A stretch of DNA of 64,000 nucleotides from a virus (taxonomy: Duplodnaviria; Caudoviricetes): positions 1-64,000 of IMG/VR virus record IMGVR_UViG_2808606954_000002; one strand, written 5' to 3'. The notes below the pieces were generated by a model, which had not been told where the DNA came from, ran no database searches, and saw only the letters and a list, made by a program, of their open reading frames with translations. The position numbers and the translations under genes were made by a program. This document shows positions 9,632 through 18,722 of the stretch, in pieces. How positions within the stretch are numbered: position 1 is the first letter of the stretch; every line of letters starts with the position of its first letter.

Positions 9632-10273
9632 ATGACAGCACTCAGCCGCACAATCCACACCGGTTTCAGTCAGCTCGGCATCCGCGATGATGCCGAGAAG
9701 CGGGCAATCTATAGCCGGGTGACCGGCGTGGATCAGTTGAAAGTCATGACGCCAGGACAGGAAGAGAAAGTCCTGACTGAGCTTCGTCGCCTTGGTTTCA
9801 ATCCGGCTGCCAAGCGTAGTGCCGGGCAGCCGGATATGGCAGGGAAATTCAGCCCGAAAATTCGCGCCCTTTGGATTGCGCTTTATAATCTCGGCGCAGT
9901 GCAAGATCGTCGCGACAGTGCCATTACCGCATTTGTGAAAGGGCAGGTGGCAATCGATCGGGTGCGCTTCGTTCATCATGCCAGTGATGCCAATGCTATC
10001 ATCGAAGCGCTAAAGGCGATTGCCGCCCGGCATGGTGTCGACTGGTCTGTTAAACGTGGTGAACCACTTTGGCGGAAGGCCCATGGCTATCACATCGCTG
10101 TTGCCCAATGGGCGAAGATCAACCCGCAAGGCGCTGGCGACTTCTGGGCGGTGGTGACCGATCTGATCGGTGAGGAGGCAACGTATCGCGATCTGACAGA
10201 CGAACAATGGATCATCGTGATGAACCATTTGGGGCAGCGTGTTCGTGCGCTGCCCAAGGTGTCGGGTGTGTGA
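9632..10273 (+). CDS. GemA/gp16-like regulatory protein
   Basis: QLGIRDDAEKRAIYSRVTG...SPKIRALWIALY...IIEALKA; position before mor. Confidence 0.75.
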   Translation: MTALSRTIHTGFSQLGIRDDAEKRAIYSRVTGVDQLKVMTPGQEEKVLTELRRLGFNPAAKRSAGQPDMAGKFSPKIRALWIALYNLGAVQDRRDSAITAFVKGQVAIDRVRFVHHASDANAIIEALKAIAARHGVDWSVKRGEPLWRKAHGYHIAVAQWAKINPQGAGDFWAVVTDLIGEEATYRDLTDEQWIIVMNHLGQRVRALPKVSGV

Positions 10274-10644
10274 TGAGTGACGACCTGACCAATGAGCTGC
10301 TGAACCTGTTGGGCAAAGATGATTTCTTTGCCCTTGTGGAAGCGCATGCGGGTGTCAGGCTTTATGTTCCGGCTGATCCAGCCAAGTCGGATTTACCTGA
10401 AACCATCGGGATGAATGCAGCTTTGCGGCTGGCCAGAGAGTGGCCTTCTGGCTATATCAAAGTGCCGCTGGCGAGAGAGTTTCGCATTGAACGCTATGTT
10501 AAAAGCGGCATGTCCAATCGCGCGATTGCCCAGCGGTTCGGCATGACGGAAAGCGGCGTTGAGAGGCTTTTAAAGCGCGCCCGCGAACACAAGCCGGTGT
10601 CGCGCCCGACTAAAAAAGATCCTCGCCAGATTGAAATGTTCTGA
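10273..10644 (+). CDS. Mor/C-family late transcription activator
   Basis: LVEAHAGVRLYVP...SNRAIAQRFGMTESGV C-terminal HTH. Confidence 0.8.
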   Translation: MSDDLTNELLNLLGKDDFFALVEAHAGVRLYVPADPAKSDLPETIGMNAALRLAREWPSGYIKVPLAREFRIERYVKSGMSNRAIAQRFGMTESGVERLLKRAREHKPVSRPTKKDPRQIEMF

Positions 10645-10647
10645 TCT

Positions 10648-10692
10648 CATGCCCACCATTGCGGGCATGACGCAATTTCCGCGCGCGCGATA
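10648..10692 (+). promoter_or_regulatory. Late promoter copy 1 (before lysis genes)
   Basis: ATGCCCACCATTGCGGGCATGA-N10-GCGCGCGCGAT, a dyad motif repeated four times. Confidence 0.7.
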
Positions 10693-10745
10693 AATCTCGC
10701 ATCCAGTGGTCGGCACTCGCCGGTCGAAAAACTGGAGCGAAGCGA

Positions 10746-11252
10746 ATGCCAAAATGGCCAACACAATCCACTGCAGCCGACTTTTACGGCAAAAATCTCA
10801 GAGTTCTCAAAGGCACTGCCGGTCCTGATCCGGCGTGGGAGCGGGCAAACCTCGTTCTCGTGCGTCTTCCCTGGAGGGCCGTTGCGGCCTGGGACAAGTC
10901 GCTGACGATCAAGTCATTGCGGGTCCATACGAAGGTTGCGGAAAGCCTGACCCGTGTGCTCGACAAGATCTGGTCTGATTTTGACCAAAACCAGAAAGCC
11001 ATTGAAACCGCAGGCATGAACCTGATCGGTGGTGGCTATAATTGGCGGCAGATGCGGGGTCACGCGCGGCTGTCCATGCATGCTTATGGCTGCGCTGTTG
11101 ATTTTGATCCGGCCCGCAATGGACTTGGCGACCCAACCCCCGAAATGGACCATCGTGTCGTTGAAGCCTTCAAAGCGGAAGGCTGGGTGTGGGGTGGTGA
11201 CTGGTCGCCACGCAGCCGCGACGGCATGCATTTTCAGGCAGCGACTGTCTGA
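10746..11252 (+). CDS. M15-family peptidase endolysin
   Basis: YNWRQMRG...SMHAYGCAVDFDP...DGMHFQ Zn-peptidase motifs. Confidence 0.85.
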   Translation: MPKWPTQSTAADFYGKNLRVLKGTAGPDPAWERANLVLVRLPWRAVAAWDKSLTIKSLRVHTKVAESLTRVLDKIWSDFDQNQKAIETAGMNLIGGGYNWRQMRGHARLSMHAYGCAVDFDPARNGLGDPTPEMDHRVVEAFKAEGWVWGGDWSPRSRDGMHFQAATV

Positions 11253-11521
11253 TGGAAAAGCCGTCCTATTCCACGACAAAGCGGGCGCTGTGGCTGTCAT
11301 CGGCCATGGCCTGGGCGGTGATCCTGATCCTCGCAATCGGTGCCGCCATCCATGATAAGGCCGTAGAGTTCGGCACGATTGCCGTCCCATCCATGGTGGC
11401 CGTGATTGTCGGTATTCTGGGCATTCATCGCGGCTTTGGCTCCGTCGATATGCATCTGATGACGCGCGGAGCAAAGCCAGATCCTCCGTTTGTTGAGCCT
11501 CCCGCCGGAGGTCAGCCATGA
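11252..11521 (+). CDS. Holin candidate (two transmembrane segments)
   Basis: Two hydrophobic segments, next to the endolysin. Confidence 0.55.
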   Translation: MEKPSYSTTKRALWLSSAMAWAVILILAIGAAIHDKAVEFGTIAVPSMVAVIVGILGIHRGFGSVDMHLMTRGAKPDPPFVEPPAGGQP

Positions 11522-11868
11522 ACCGTTATCTTATCGCGGGTCTCGCTACGCTTTTGGTCATCGCCATTATTGTGTGGGGCGGTGTGGCCGCCATCGGCAG
11601 GATTGATGCCATGATAACTGAGGCCACCGCCACTGCCCGCAATGAGCGCGATGCTTACTGGCAGGCGGAGATTGCAAAATCAAACGCGGATGCCCAGGCG
11701 AAAATCGCCGCAAACCTCAAAACCACATTCATCGCCCAGGAGGCCGCCCGTGACCAGATCGCGGCGCTCGAGCGCCGGGCCACCGAACTGGAGAAAGACA
11801 ATGATGCCCTGCCGGATCGTGCTTGTGGCCTTAGCCGTGGCCGTGTCCGGCTGCTCAACGATCGTTAA
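11518..11868 (+). CDS. i-spanin (Rz-like)
   Basis: N-terminal TM segment plus Ala-rich coiled coil. Confidence 0.65.
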   Translation: MNRYLIAGLATLLVIAIIVWGGVAAIGRIDAMITEATATARNERDAYWQAEIAKSNADAQAKIAANLKTTFIAQEAARDQIAALERRATELEKDNDALPDRACGLSRGRVRLLNDR

Positions 11869-12073
11869 GGAGACGCCTGTGCTGAAGACTGTTTATGTTG
11901 AGCGCGAGGTGCCTGCTGTTGCGAGACAGAAATGTGCCGCCCCTGTTGCGTTGCCCGACCGTGATCTGACGGACAAGGAAACGGCGTCGAGTTGGGCGAC
12001 TGATCGCAGCGCTTTGCGGATCTGCGAGATGCGCCGCGCCGCTGCCGTCTCGGGAGGGCCAGATGTTCAGTAA
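11801..12073 (+). CDS. o-spanin (Rz1-like lipoprotein)
   Basis: Lipobox AVSG|C; overlaps the 3' end of the i-spanin; GGAG RBS. Confidence 0.7.
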   Translation: MMPCRIVLVALAVAVSGCSTIVKETPVLKTVYVEREVPAVARQKCAAPVALPDRDLTDKETASSWATDRSALRICEMRRAAAVSGGPDVQ

Positions 12074-12281
12074 TTCCCATTTCGAACAGGCAGAAGAGCG
12101 CGTTCGACAAGAGCGAGACGCGGCTTTGGCCGAGGCGCGTGCTGATCTCAAAAAGGCGGGTGCGAGCGAATGCGTGGACTGTGGACACGCGATCCCTGAG
12201 CGGCGTCGGCTGGCCTATCCATCGGCCACCCGCTGCATTGATTGCCAGATCGAGGTTGAGCGGGAGGTGGCTTTCAAATGA
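12063..12281 (+). CDS. TraR/DksA C4 zinc-finger protein
   Basis: CVDC...IPERRR...CIDCQ. Confidence 0.85.
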   Translation: MFSNSHFEQAEERVRQERDAALAEARADLKKAGASECVDCGHAIPERRRLAYPSATRCIDCQIEVEREVAFK

Positions 12282-12613
12282 TCTTTGATGTTGCTGCCGT
12301 GAGTGGCCTTGTTGCCCTTCTTTTATCCAGCCTCAACCTGATTGCTCATGTCCGCACCATGCTGTCGCAAGGCGAGAAAAAGCTCGATGAGCGCTTGCTC
12401 AAAGTGGAAAGCAAGCTGGTTGAGCATGATCGCCGTGTGCAGGCGATTGAAGGCGAGATGAAATATCTGCCGGATCACGAAATGTTCCATCGTCTGGAAC
12501 TGGCCGTTGAGAAGATGAGCGGTCGCCTCGACACCATGGCCGAGACCCTCAAGCCCATCCGGGCAACATCCGAGCGCATGAACGAACTTTTGGTGGAGCA
12601 AGCGAAGAAATGA
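12278..12613 (+). CDS. DUF2730-like membrane/coiled-coil protein
   Basis: N-terminal TM segment; typical Mu-like position. Confidence 0.6.
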   Translation: MIFDVAAVSGLVALLLSSLNLIAHVRTMLSQGEKKLDERLLKVESKLVEHDRRVQAIEGEMKYLPDHEMFHRLELAVEKMSGRLDTMAETLKPIRATSERMNELLVEQAKK

Positions 12614-12924
12614 CCCTTGGCATTGATTACACAAAGAAGATCCGCGACGACGCACGCCTGATCGTGCTGCGGGCCTTGTCGGAACAGACCAATGATACAT
12701 TGGCCAGCAACGTCATTCAGGACGCTGTTTTGCCCGTGTTCGGCATCCGGCAGGATCGTCCGTGGGTTCACCTTCAGCTGGATTATCTGGCCAATCTGGG
12801 AGCCATATCCTTGATCAACGCTGGCACCGTCAAGGTGGCAACGTTGACCAAGCTTGGCAAGCGTCACCTCGACCGCGACATTGCGCTGGAAGATGTGACC
12901 CGTCCTTCGCTGGCTGGTGAATGA
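12610..12924 (+). CDS. Mu-like winged-helix hypothetical protein
   Basis: RLIVLRAL...LDYLANLG...ATLT; conserved position before the small terminase. Confidence 0.6.
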   Translation: MTLGIDYTKKIRDDARLIVLRALSEQTNDTLASNVIQDAVLPVFGIRQDRPWVHLQLDYLANLGAISLINAGTVKVATLTKLGKRHLDRDIALEDVTRPSLAGE

Positions 12925-12925
12925 T

Positions 12926-13561
12926 ATGGCCAAGGGACGCGGACGACTTTCCAAAATCGACCTGTTGCCGCAAGAATGCGACGAGGTCGTCTCCTGGGCC
13001 GCCCAGCAGCTTGCGGATCATAGCCGCACCCAGACGGAAATCTATCCCGAGTTCCGTGACAAGCTGATCGCCATTCAAGGCGAACACGGCATTGATTTCG
13101 ACATCCCTTCGTTTACCGGCTTCAACCGTTATTCGTTGAAGCTTGCCAACATCACCCGCAGGCTGGAGCAAACCCGCGAAATTGCTTCCACCCTTTCCCA
13201 GCGTTTGGATGCTGAAGGCTCGGACGATCTCACCCGCATCGCGGCCGAGGCCATCAAATCCTTGATCTTCGAAGTGCTGCAAGCCGCAGGCGAGGGCGGG
13301 ATTTCGCCGAAAGGCGCGATGGAACTGGCCAATGCGCTGCGTGCGGCGTCAGCCGCCCAGGCGACATCCTCCAACCGTCGCTTGAAGCTGGAGGCAGAGG
13401 AAAAGGCCCGTCGCGTCGAGGAAGACATGAAGGCCAATGCCGAGAAGGCACTGGATGCGCTTTCGCGTGAACCCGGCATTTCCAAGGAAGCCATTGCCCG
13501 TGCGCGGCGTGACTTCCTGGGTGTTCGGTCCAAGAAAACGGGCGAGGCCAACGATGGTTGA
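12926..13561 (+). CDS. DUF3486 / gp27 small terminase-like protein
   Basis: GRLSKIDLLP N-terminus; upstream of the large terminase. Confidence 0.75.
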   Translation: MAKGRGRLSKIDLLPQECDEVVSWAAQQLADHSRTQTEIYPEFRDKLIAIQGEHGIDFDIPSFTGFNRYSLKLANITRRLEQTREIASTLSQRLDAEGSDDLTRIAAEAIKSLIFEVLQAAGEGGISPKGAMELANALRAASAAQATSSNRRLKLEAEEKARRVEEDMKANAEKALDALSREPGISKEAIARARRDFLGVRSKKTGEANDG

Positions 13562-15239
13562 GCTGCCAAGAGGCGAGTGGATCGATCCACCTGTGTTGAC
13601 GCGCGATCCCGACGCCCTGCCGGAAGAGCTGCCACGCGGGCCGCAGATCCCGGACGATCTCGATCCGCTGGCCGATGGCGTGCTTATGGCGCACCAAGCC
13701 TCGTGGCTTGCCGATGAAAGCGACCTGAAGATCTGCGAAAAGGGCCGACGCACCGGCATTACCTTTGCCGAGGCGCTGGACTGCACGTTGATTGCAGCGG
13801 CGCAGCGCTCGGCTGGTGGGCAGAATGTTTTCTACATTGGCGATACCAAGCCGAAGGGCCGTGAGTTTATCGGCTATGCCGCCCATTTTGCCAAAACCGT
13901 TGCCAAGGAAATGCTGAGTATTGAGGACGGCATTTTCTTTGACCAGAAGGAAGACGGCACCACCACGGCGATTGCCAGCTATGTCATCCGCTTTAAATCC
14001 GGCTTTCGCATTGAGGCGCTGTCGTCACGCCCGGAAAACATTCGTGGTCTTCAGGGCACCGTTGTCATTGATGAAGCGGCCTTTCACCGGGACGTTCGCA
14101 ATGTGCTGGATGCCGTCAACGCCCTGCTGATCTGGGGTGGTCGTATCCGCGTGATCAGCTCCCACAATGGGATCAGCAGCCCGTTTAACGAGCTGATCAA
14201 GGAAGCGCGGGCGGGCAAGAACCCGTTTAGTGTTCACACCTATTCGTTCGGGGATGCGGTCAAGAACGGTCTTTTCCGGCGTGTCTGCTTGATCAAGGGT
14301 GAGGAGTGGTCCCAGGAGAAGGAAGACAAGTGGGAGGCGCAGATCCGCGCATCCTATGGCACGCGGCAGGCCAAGATGCGCCAAGAGCTGGATGCAATCC
14401 CTGCTGAAGCCGAAGGGGCAGCGCTGACACGGGTCTTGATTGAAAGCTGCATGAGCCGTGATCTGCCTGCCGTGGTGCGGTGGGATCGGCCAGACGATTT
14501 CAAAAACCTTGATGAATTTGAGCGTGAACGGCAGGCTGAAACCTTCTGTGAAGGGGTTTTGAGGCCGCTTTTAAAGGTACTCAATCCTGACCGTGAACAT
14601 TGCTTTGGCGAGGATTTTGCCCGCTCTGGCGACAAGACCGCAATCATCGTGTTTGAGATCGGCGCTGATCTGATCCGACGCGCCCGGCTGGTGGTTGAGC
14701 TGAAGAACATTCCGTTCGATCAGCAGCGCGACATCCTGTTTTATATTGGCGATGCACTGCCGCGCCTCATGGGTGGTGCGCTCGATGCGCGGGGTAACGG
14801 TCAATATCTGGCGGAAAAGGCGCGTCAGCGCTGGGGCGAGATTATTCAGGAAGTGATGCTGTCGGCCAAATGGTATGGCCTCAACATGCCCGCCTATATC
14901 GAGGCATTCGGTGATCGCAGCCTGCTCTTGCCCTATGATGCGGATGTGATCGCCGACCATCAGGCACTGGCTTACGTCAACGGCATTATCAAGGTGCCTG
15001 ATGAGCATTCCACCAAGGGTGTCGATGGTTTCGACCGGCACGGCGATACCGCGCCAGCCGGTGCCCTGGCGTGGTTTGCAAGCACGCAGGACGCCATCGC
15101 CTATGAGTATGAGACTGATCGCGAAACAGTCAGCCATGACGACGATGTTTATGGGGCTGGCGGTTACGGCTCTCTACGGGAGCAAAAGCAAGATCGGCGT
15201 GATCGCTCGATCGAGATAAACTTAAGAGGATCAATCTGA
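13554..15239 (+). CDS. Terminase large subunit (Mu gp28-like)
   Basis: EKGRRTGIT Walker A, VVIDEAAF Walker B, GEDFARSGD nuclease motif. Confidence 0.9.
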   Translation: MVELPRGEWIDPPVLTRDPDALPEELPRGPQIPDDLDPLADGVLMAHQASWLADESDLKICEKGRRTGITFAEALDCTLIAAAQRSAGGQNVFYIGDTKPKGREFIGYAAHFAKTVAKEMLSIEDGIFFDQKEDGTTTAIASYVIRFKSGFRIEALSSRPENIRGLQGTVVIDEAAFHRDVRNVLDAVNALLIWGGRIRVISSHNGISSPFNELIKEARAGKNPFSVHTYSFGDAVKNGLFRRVCLIKGEEWSQEKEDKWEAQIRASYGTRQAKMRQELDAIPAEAEGAALTRVLIESCMSRDLPAVVRWDRPDDFKNLDEFERERQAETFCEGVLRPLLKVLNPDREHCFGEDFARSGDKTAIIVFEIGADLIRRARLVVELKNIPFDQQRDILFYIGDALPRLMGGALDARGNGQYLAEKARQRWGEIIQEVMLSAKWYGLNMPAYIEAFGDRSLLLPYDADVIADHQALAYVNGIIKVPDEHSTKGVDGFDRHGDTAPAGALAWFASTQDAIAYEYETDRETVSHDDDVYGAGGYGSLREQKQDRRDRSIEINLRGSI

Positions 15240-16846
15240 TGGCGGGTTTGAAAAGCTGGCTGGGCCGTGCCGTTCAAATGGCTTCTCTTGTCGTGCCGAT
15301 TGCGACGCCACAGGCGGGCGGTGTTCGCCAGGTGATCTCCGGTCATCCGGCCGATGGTATTCGGCCGGAGCGTCTTGCCCGTATTTTGCGCTCGGCCGCT
15401 GAAGGTGAGCCGGAAGCTTTTTTCGAGCTGGCCGAGGATATTGAAGAGCGTGACTTGCATTATGCCGCTGTGATGGCGACCCGTAAACGCTCCGTTGCCC
15501 AGCTGCCCATCACCGTCAAGGCGGCATCTGACAGCGCGGAGCATCAAAAGCATGCGGCTTTCATCCAGTCATGGATTGATGAGGAGATCCTGCGCTCCAG
15601 CCTGTTTGATATGCTGGACGCCATCGGCAAAGGGCTTTCGGTGATGGAAATCGATTGGCAATATCGCATGGGGTCGATGTTGCCACGCCAGTTTATCTGG
15701 CGGCCCCAGCGCTGGTTTACCTTTGATCGAGCCGATGGCGAAACGGTGTTGCTGCGCGAGGGCGTAAGCGGTCAACCGTTGGCTGACCACAAGTTCATCG
15801 TCCATCGGCATAAATCCAAGTCCGGCCTGACGATCCGCTCCGGCATTGCCCGCACGGCGATGTGGGCATGGATGTTCAAAAGCTATACCACCAAAGACTG
15901 GGCGATTTTCTGCCAGAACTACGGACAGCCCCTGCGCATCGGTAAATACGGGCGTGGTGCAACGGAGCCGGAAAAGGATGTGCTGTGGCGGGCGGTGAAG
16001 AATATCGCTGGAGACTGTGCTGCCATCATCCCGACCAACATGCTGATCGAATTTCACGAGGTTGGCTCCAAGACCAGCTCGACGGATATGTTCGAGCGTC
16101 GGGCAGACTGGCTGGATCGGCAGGTGTCCAAGCTTGTGCTGGGGCAAACCACGACCACGGATGCTGTTTCGGGTGGTCATGCCGTCAGCCAGGAACACCG
16201 TCTTGTGCAGGAAGATATTGAGCGTGACGATGCCGGAATGGTCACAGCCACCATCAACCAGCAGCTCATTCCCAATATGGTGGCCTTTAATTTTGGTCCG
16301 CAGGACCACTATCCGCATGTGCGTGTCGGCCGCCCTGATGAGGTGCCATTGGCTGAGTTCGCCGATGCCTTCTCCAAGCTTGCCCCGCATGGCCTGACGG
16401 CGGATGAGGCATTTTTGCGCGAACGTCTTGGCATTCCAGCTACCAAAGCCGGAGCGGTTATCGTGGGTGGTCGTGCCGCCACGCCGGTTGCTGTTGAGCC
16501 TACCGATCAGAAGCCGATTGCCCGCAATGATGTGCAGCGGGCATTTGATGGGCTGTTCACCTCGGCCCATGCCTCCTCCGTTCATAAGCCGGGTGATGTG
16601 TCGGAAGAGATCATTGCGGCATTGAGCCGACAGCTGGATGTTGATGCCGCAGCTGCCATGGACGGCATGATTGACGAGGTGCGCAAGGCCCTGATGCAGG
16701 CCAGTGATTTGCGCGATGCCGCGTCCCGCCTGGCGGCCCTTGATCTATCGCCCGATGATCTTGCGGAAGCGATGGCACGTGGCATGGCTTTGGCGCATTT
16801 GGCAGGGCAGGCTAGCCTGATTGATGACCTTGAAAGCCAGTCATGA
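15239..16846 (+). CDS. Portal protein (Mu gp29, DUF935)
   Basis: QPLRIGKY...QVSKLVLGQTTTT motifs. Confidence 0.9.
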   Translation: MAGLKSWLGRAVQMASLVVPIATPQAGGVRQVISGHPADGIRPERLARILRSAAEGEPEAFFELAEDIEERDLHYAAVMATRKRSVAQLPITVKAASDSAEHQKHAAFIQSWIDEEILRSSLFDMLDAIGKGLSVMEIDWQYRMGSMLPRQFIWRPQRWFTFDRADGETVLLREGVSGQPLADHKFIVHRHKSKSGLTIRSGIARTAMWAWMFKSYTTKDWAIFCQNYGQPLRIGKYGRGATEPEKDVLWRAVKNIAGDCAAIIPTNMLIEFHEVGSKTSSTDMFERRADWLDRQVSKLVLGQTTTTDAVSGGHAVSQEHRLVQEDIERDDAGMVTATINQQLIPNMVAFNFGPQDHYPHVRVGRPDEVPLAEFADAFSKLAPHGLTADEAFLRERLGIPATKAGAVIVGGRAATPVAVEPTDQKPIARNDVQRAFDGLFTSAHASSVHKPGDVSEEIIAALSRQLDVDAAAAMDGMIDEVRKALMQASDLRDAASRLAALDLSPDDLAEAMARGMALAHLAGQASLIDDLESQS

Positions 16847-16965
16847 GAAACGGCCCGCTGACGCGCATCAACAGTCTGGTTGGGACCGATGTTGCCATTT
16901 TGCGCAAAAGCCCGTCCAGAGGCTTCAAATGGGGTTTAAATTTGAAGACAAAGCCCGTCGCTCGC

Positions 16966-18051
16966 ATGGGATTGATACTTTCCGCCCTTGATCAGCCATT
17001 TGATGAAGCAATCCGGTTTTTGCGCGACAAGACATCCATGCCAACCGAGAGCTGGCGTGATGTCTGGGACAGTGCTCATTCGAAGATGTTCATGGTTGCC
17101 GGTGCCAACAAACAGGCGCTGGTTGACGACTTCAAAGAGTCGATTGCCAAAGCTCTGGAACAAGGCACGACGCTGGAAGAGTTCCGCAAGGACTTTGACC
17201 AGATCGTCAAAAAGCATGGCTGGTCTTACAAGGGCGAAAAGGGCTGGCGCACTCGAACCATCTTTGAAACCAATTTGCGCACCGCCTATGCCGCTGGCCG
17301 CTATGCCCAGATGACCGAGCCGGATACGCTGGCGACGTTCCCTTACTGGCAATACCATCATTCAGGTGCCTTGCATCCAAGGCTACAACACAAGGCCTGG
17401 GACGGCGAGGTTTACGCGGCAGACGATCCGTTCTGGATTGTAGCCTATCCGCCCAATGGTTTTGGCTGTGGCTGTTTTGTTGTGCCGGTATCGCGCGGAG
17501 GTCTGAAGCGGCTCGGCAAAAGCGGTCCGGATCGCGCACCAAATCGCGATCAGCTCGGCACGGATCAGCCGCTCGGCGTTGATCCATCGTTTGCCTATAA
17601 TCCGGGGATGGCATGGCTCTCCCAGACCGCGCCCGGTCCAAAGGCGGTGGCCGCCAGCGAGGCCACCGTTGCCGCCTTCGTGAGATCATCGCTCAAAGGC
17701 AAATGGCCGGATGGCAGCTGGACGCCCGTGGCAACGGCTGACAAGGCCATTGCCAGTGAGCTTGAAGTGAAGGTCGGAACCGAGGTTCGGTTGTCGGCCG
17801 ATACGATCCGCAGTCACATCAAGCATGAAGTTGCGACGCCGGATGCTTATGGTGTGTTGCCGGGGTGGTTGGCGCGCAATGGCAGGCTGCGGCAAGACAA
17901 ATCGGGGCGCTGGTCGTTCATTGGCGAGTATGAGGGAAATCTGTATCGTGCAGCCGTCAAGGTCGTGAAGAAAGGCGAGCGGCAGGAAGTCTGGCTGACA
18001 TCGTTGCGGCGCACGAACTTCAAACAGGTTGCCAAGGATTTTGGAGAATAG
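16966..18051 (+). CDS. Mu gpF minor head protein with C-terminal extension (PBECR-like putative RNase); alternative start 16843
   Basis: MuF core (RTIFETN...YPPNGFGCGC) plus about 130 extra aa ending YRAAVKVV...VWLTSLRR. Confidence 0.8.
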   Translation: MGLILSALDQPFDEAIRFLRDKTSMPTESWRDVWDSAHSKMFMVAGANKQALVDDFKESIAKALEQGTTLEEFRKDFDQIVKKHGWSYKGEKGWRTRTIFETNLRTAYAAGRYAQMTEPDTLATFPYWQYHHSGALHPRLQHKAWDGEVYAADDPFWIVAYPPNGFGCGCFVVPVSRGGLKRLGKSGPDRAPNRDQLGTDQPLGVDPSFAYNPGMAWLSQTAPGPKAVAASEATVAAFVRSSLKGKWPDGSWTPVATADKAIASELEVKVGTEVRLSADTIRSHIKHEVATPDAYGVLPGWLARNGRLRQDKSGRWSFIGEYEGNLYRAAVKVVKKGERQEVWLTSLRRTNFKQVAKDFGE

Positions 18052-18119
18052 ACGCGCCGGGGAGCCGGAATTGCTGATCCCAATCCGCCTGAAGGCGGTC
18101 CTTCCTGGTCAGCGCGTCT
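18050..18119 (+). ncRNA. Candidate multibranch structured element directly after gpF
   Basis: Nested stems GACGCG/CGCGTC, CCGGGGAG/CTTCCTGG, ATTG/CAAT and CCGCC-TGAA-GGCGG. No U-tract. Confidence 0.35.
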
Positions 18120-18156
18120 GACAAGAATATAAGTCCAATCAGGGGATAATGCAATC

Positions 18157-18660
18157 ATGAGCGGCGTATCCGTATCAGTCACCATAAGCGATGCATCTGT
18201 ACGCCGGGCGTTTGATAACCTCGCTGTTGCCATGGGCAACACGCGCCCGGTGATGGCTGCGATTGGCACTGAGCTGGTTGGCTCTACCCATATGCGGTTT
18301 GTGAAGCAGACGGACCCTGATGGGAATGCCTGGCAGGCGCTCGATGAGGATTATGCTGCCACAAAGCGCAATTCTCGCATCCTGACCGAGTCTGGTCGGT
18401 TGCGTGACAGCATCAATGCCAGGGCGGGAAATGATCAGGTTAGTGTCGGCACCAATGTCGTTTATGGAGCCATCCACCAGTTCGGCGGCACCATTGTGCC
18501 CAAAAACGCCAGCCACTTGTTTTTCAGGATCGGTGATCGTTTGGTCAAGGCTGATAGTGTGACCTTGCCCGCAAGACCATATCTCGGTATATCTGCCGAC
18601 GACGAAACGGCCATTGCCGAAATCGTCTTCTCCTTCGTTGATCGGTACATCAAGCGGTAA
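18157..18660 (+). CDS. Virion morphogenesis protein (Mu gpG)
   Basis: ILTESGRLRDSI...VGTNVVYGAIHQFGG...PARPYLG. Confidence 0.9.
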   Translation: MSGVSVSVTISDASVRRAFDNLAVAMGNTRPVMAAIGTELVGSTHMRFVKQTDPDGNAWQALDEDYAATKRNSRILTESGRLRDSINARAGNDQVSVGTNVVYGAIHQFGGTIVPKNASHLFFRIGDRLVKADSVTLPARPYLGISADDETAIAEIVFSFVDRYIKR

Positions 18661-18667
18661 CGCTTAA

Positions 18668-18705
18668 CCCGCCCACCGTGGCGGGCATGATGCAATCGCG
18701 CCCGC
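18668..18705 (+). promoter_or_regulatory. Late promoter copy 2 (before protease I)
   Basis: CCCGCCCACCGTGGCGGGCATGA motif. Confidence 0.7.
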
Positions 18706-18722
18706 AATGGCAATGTGCGGCC

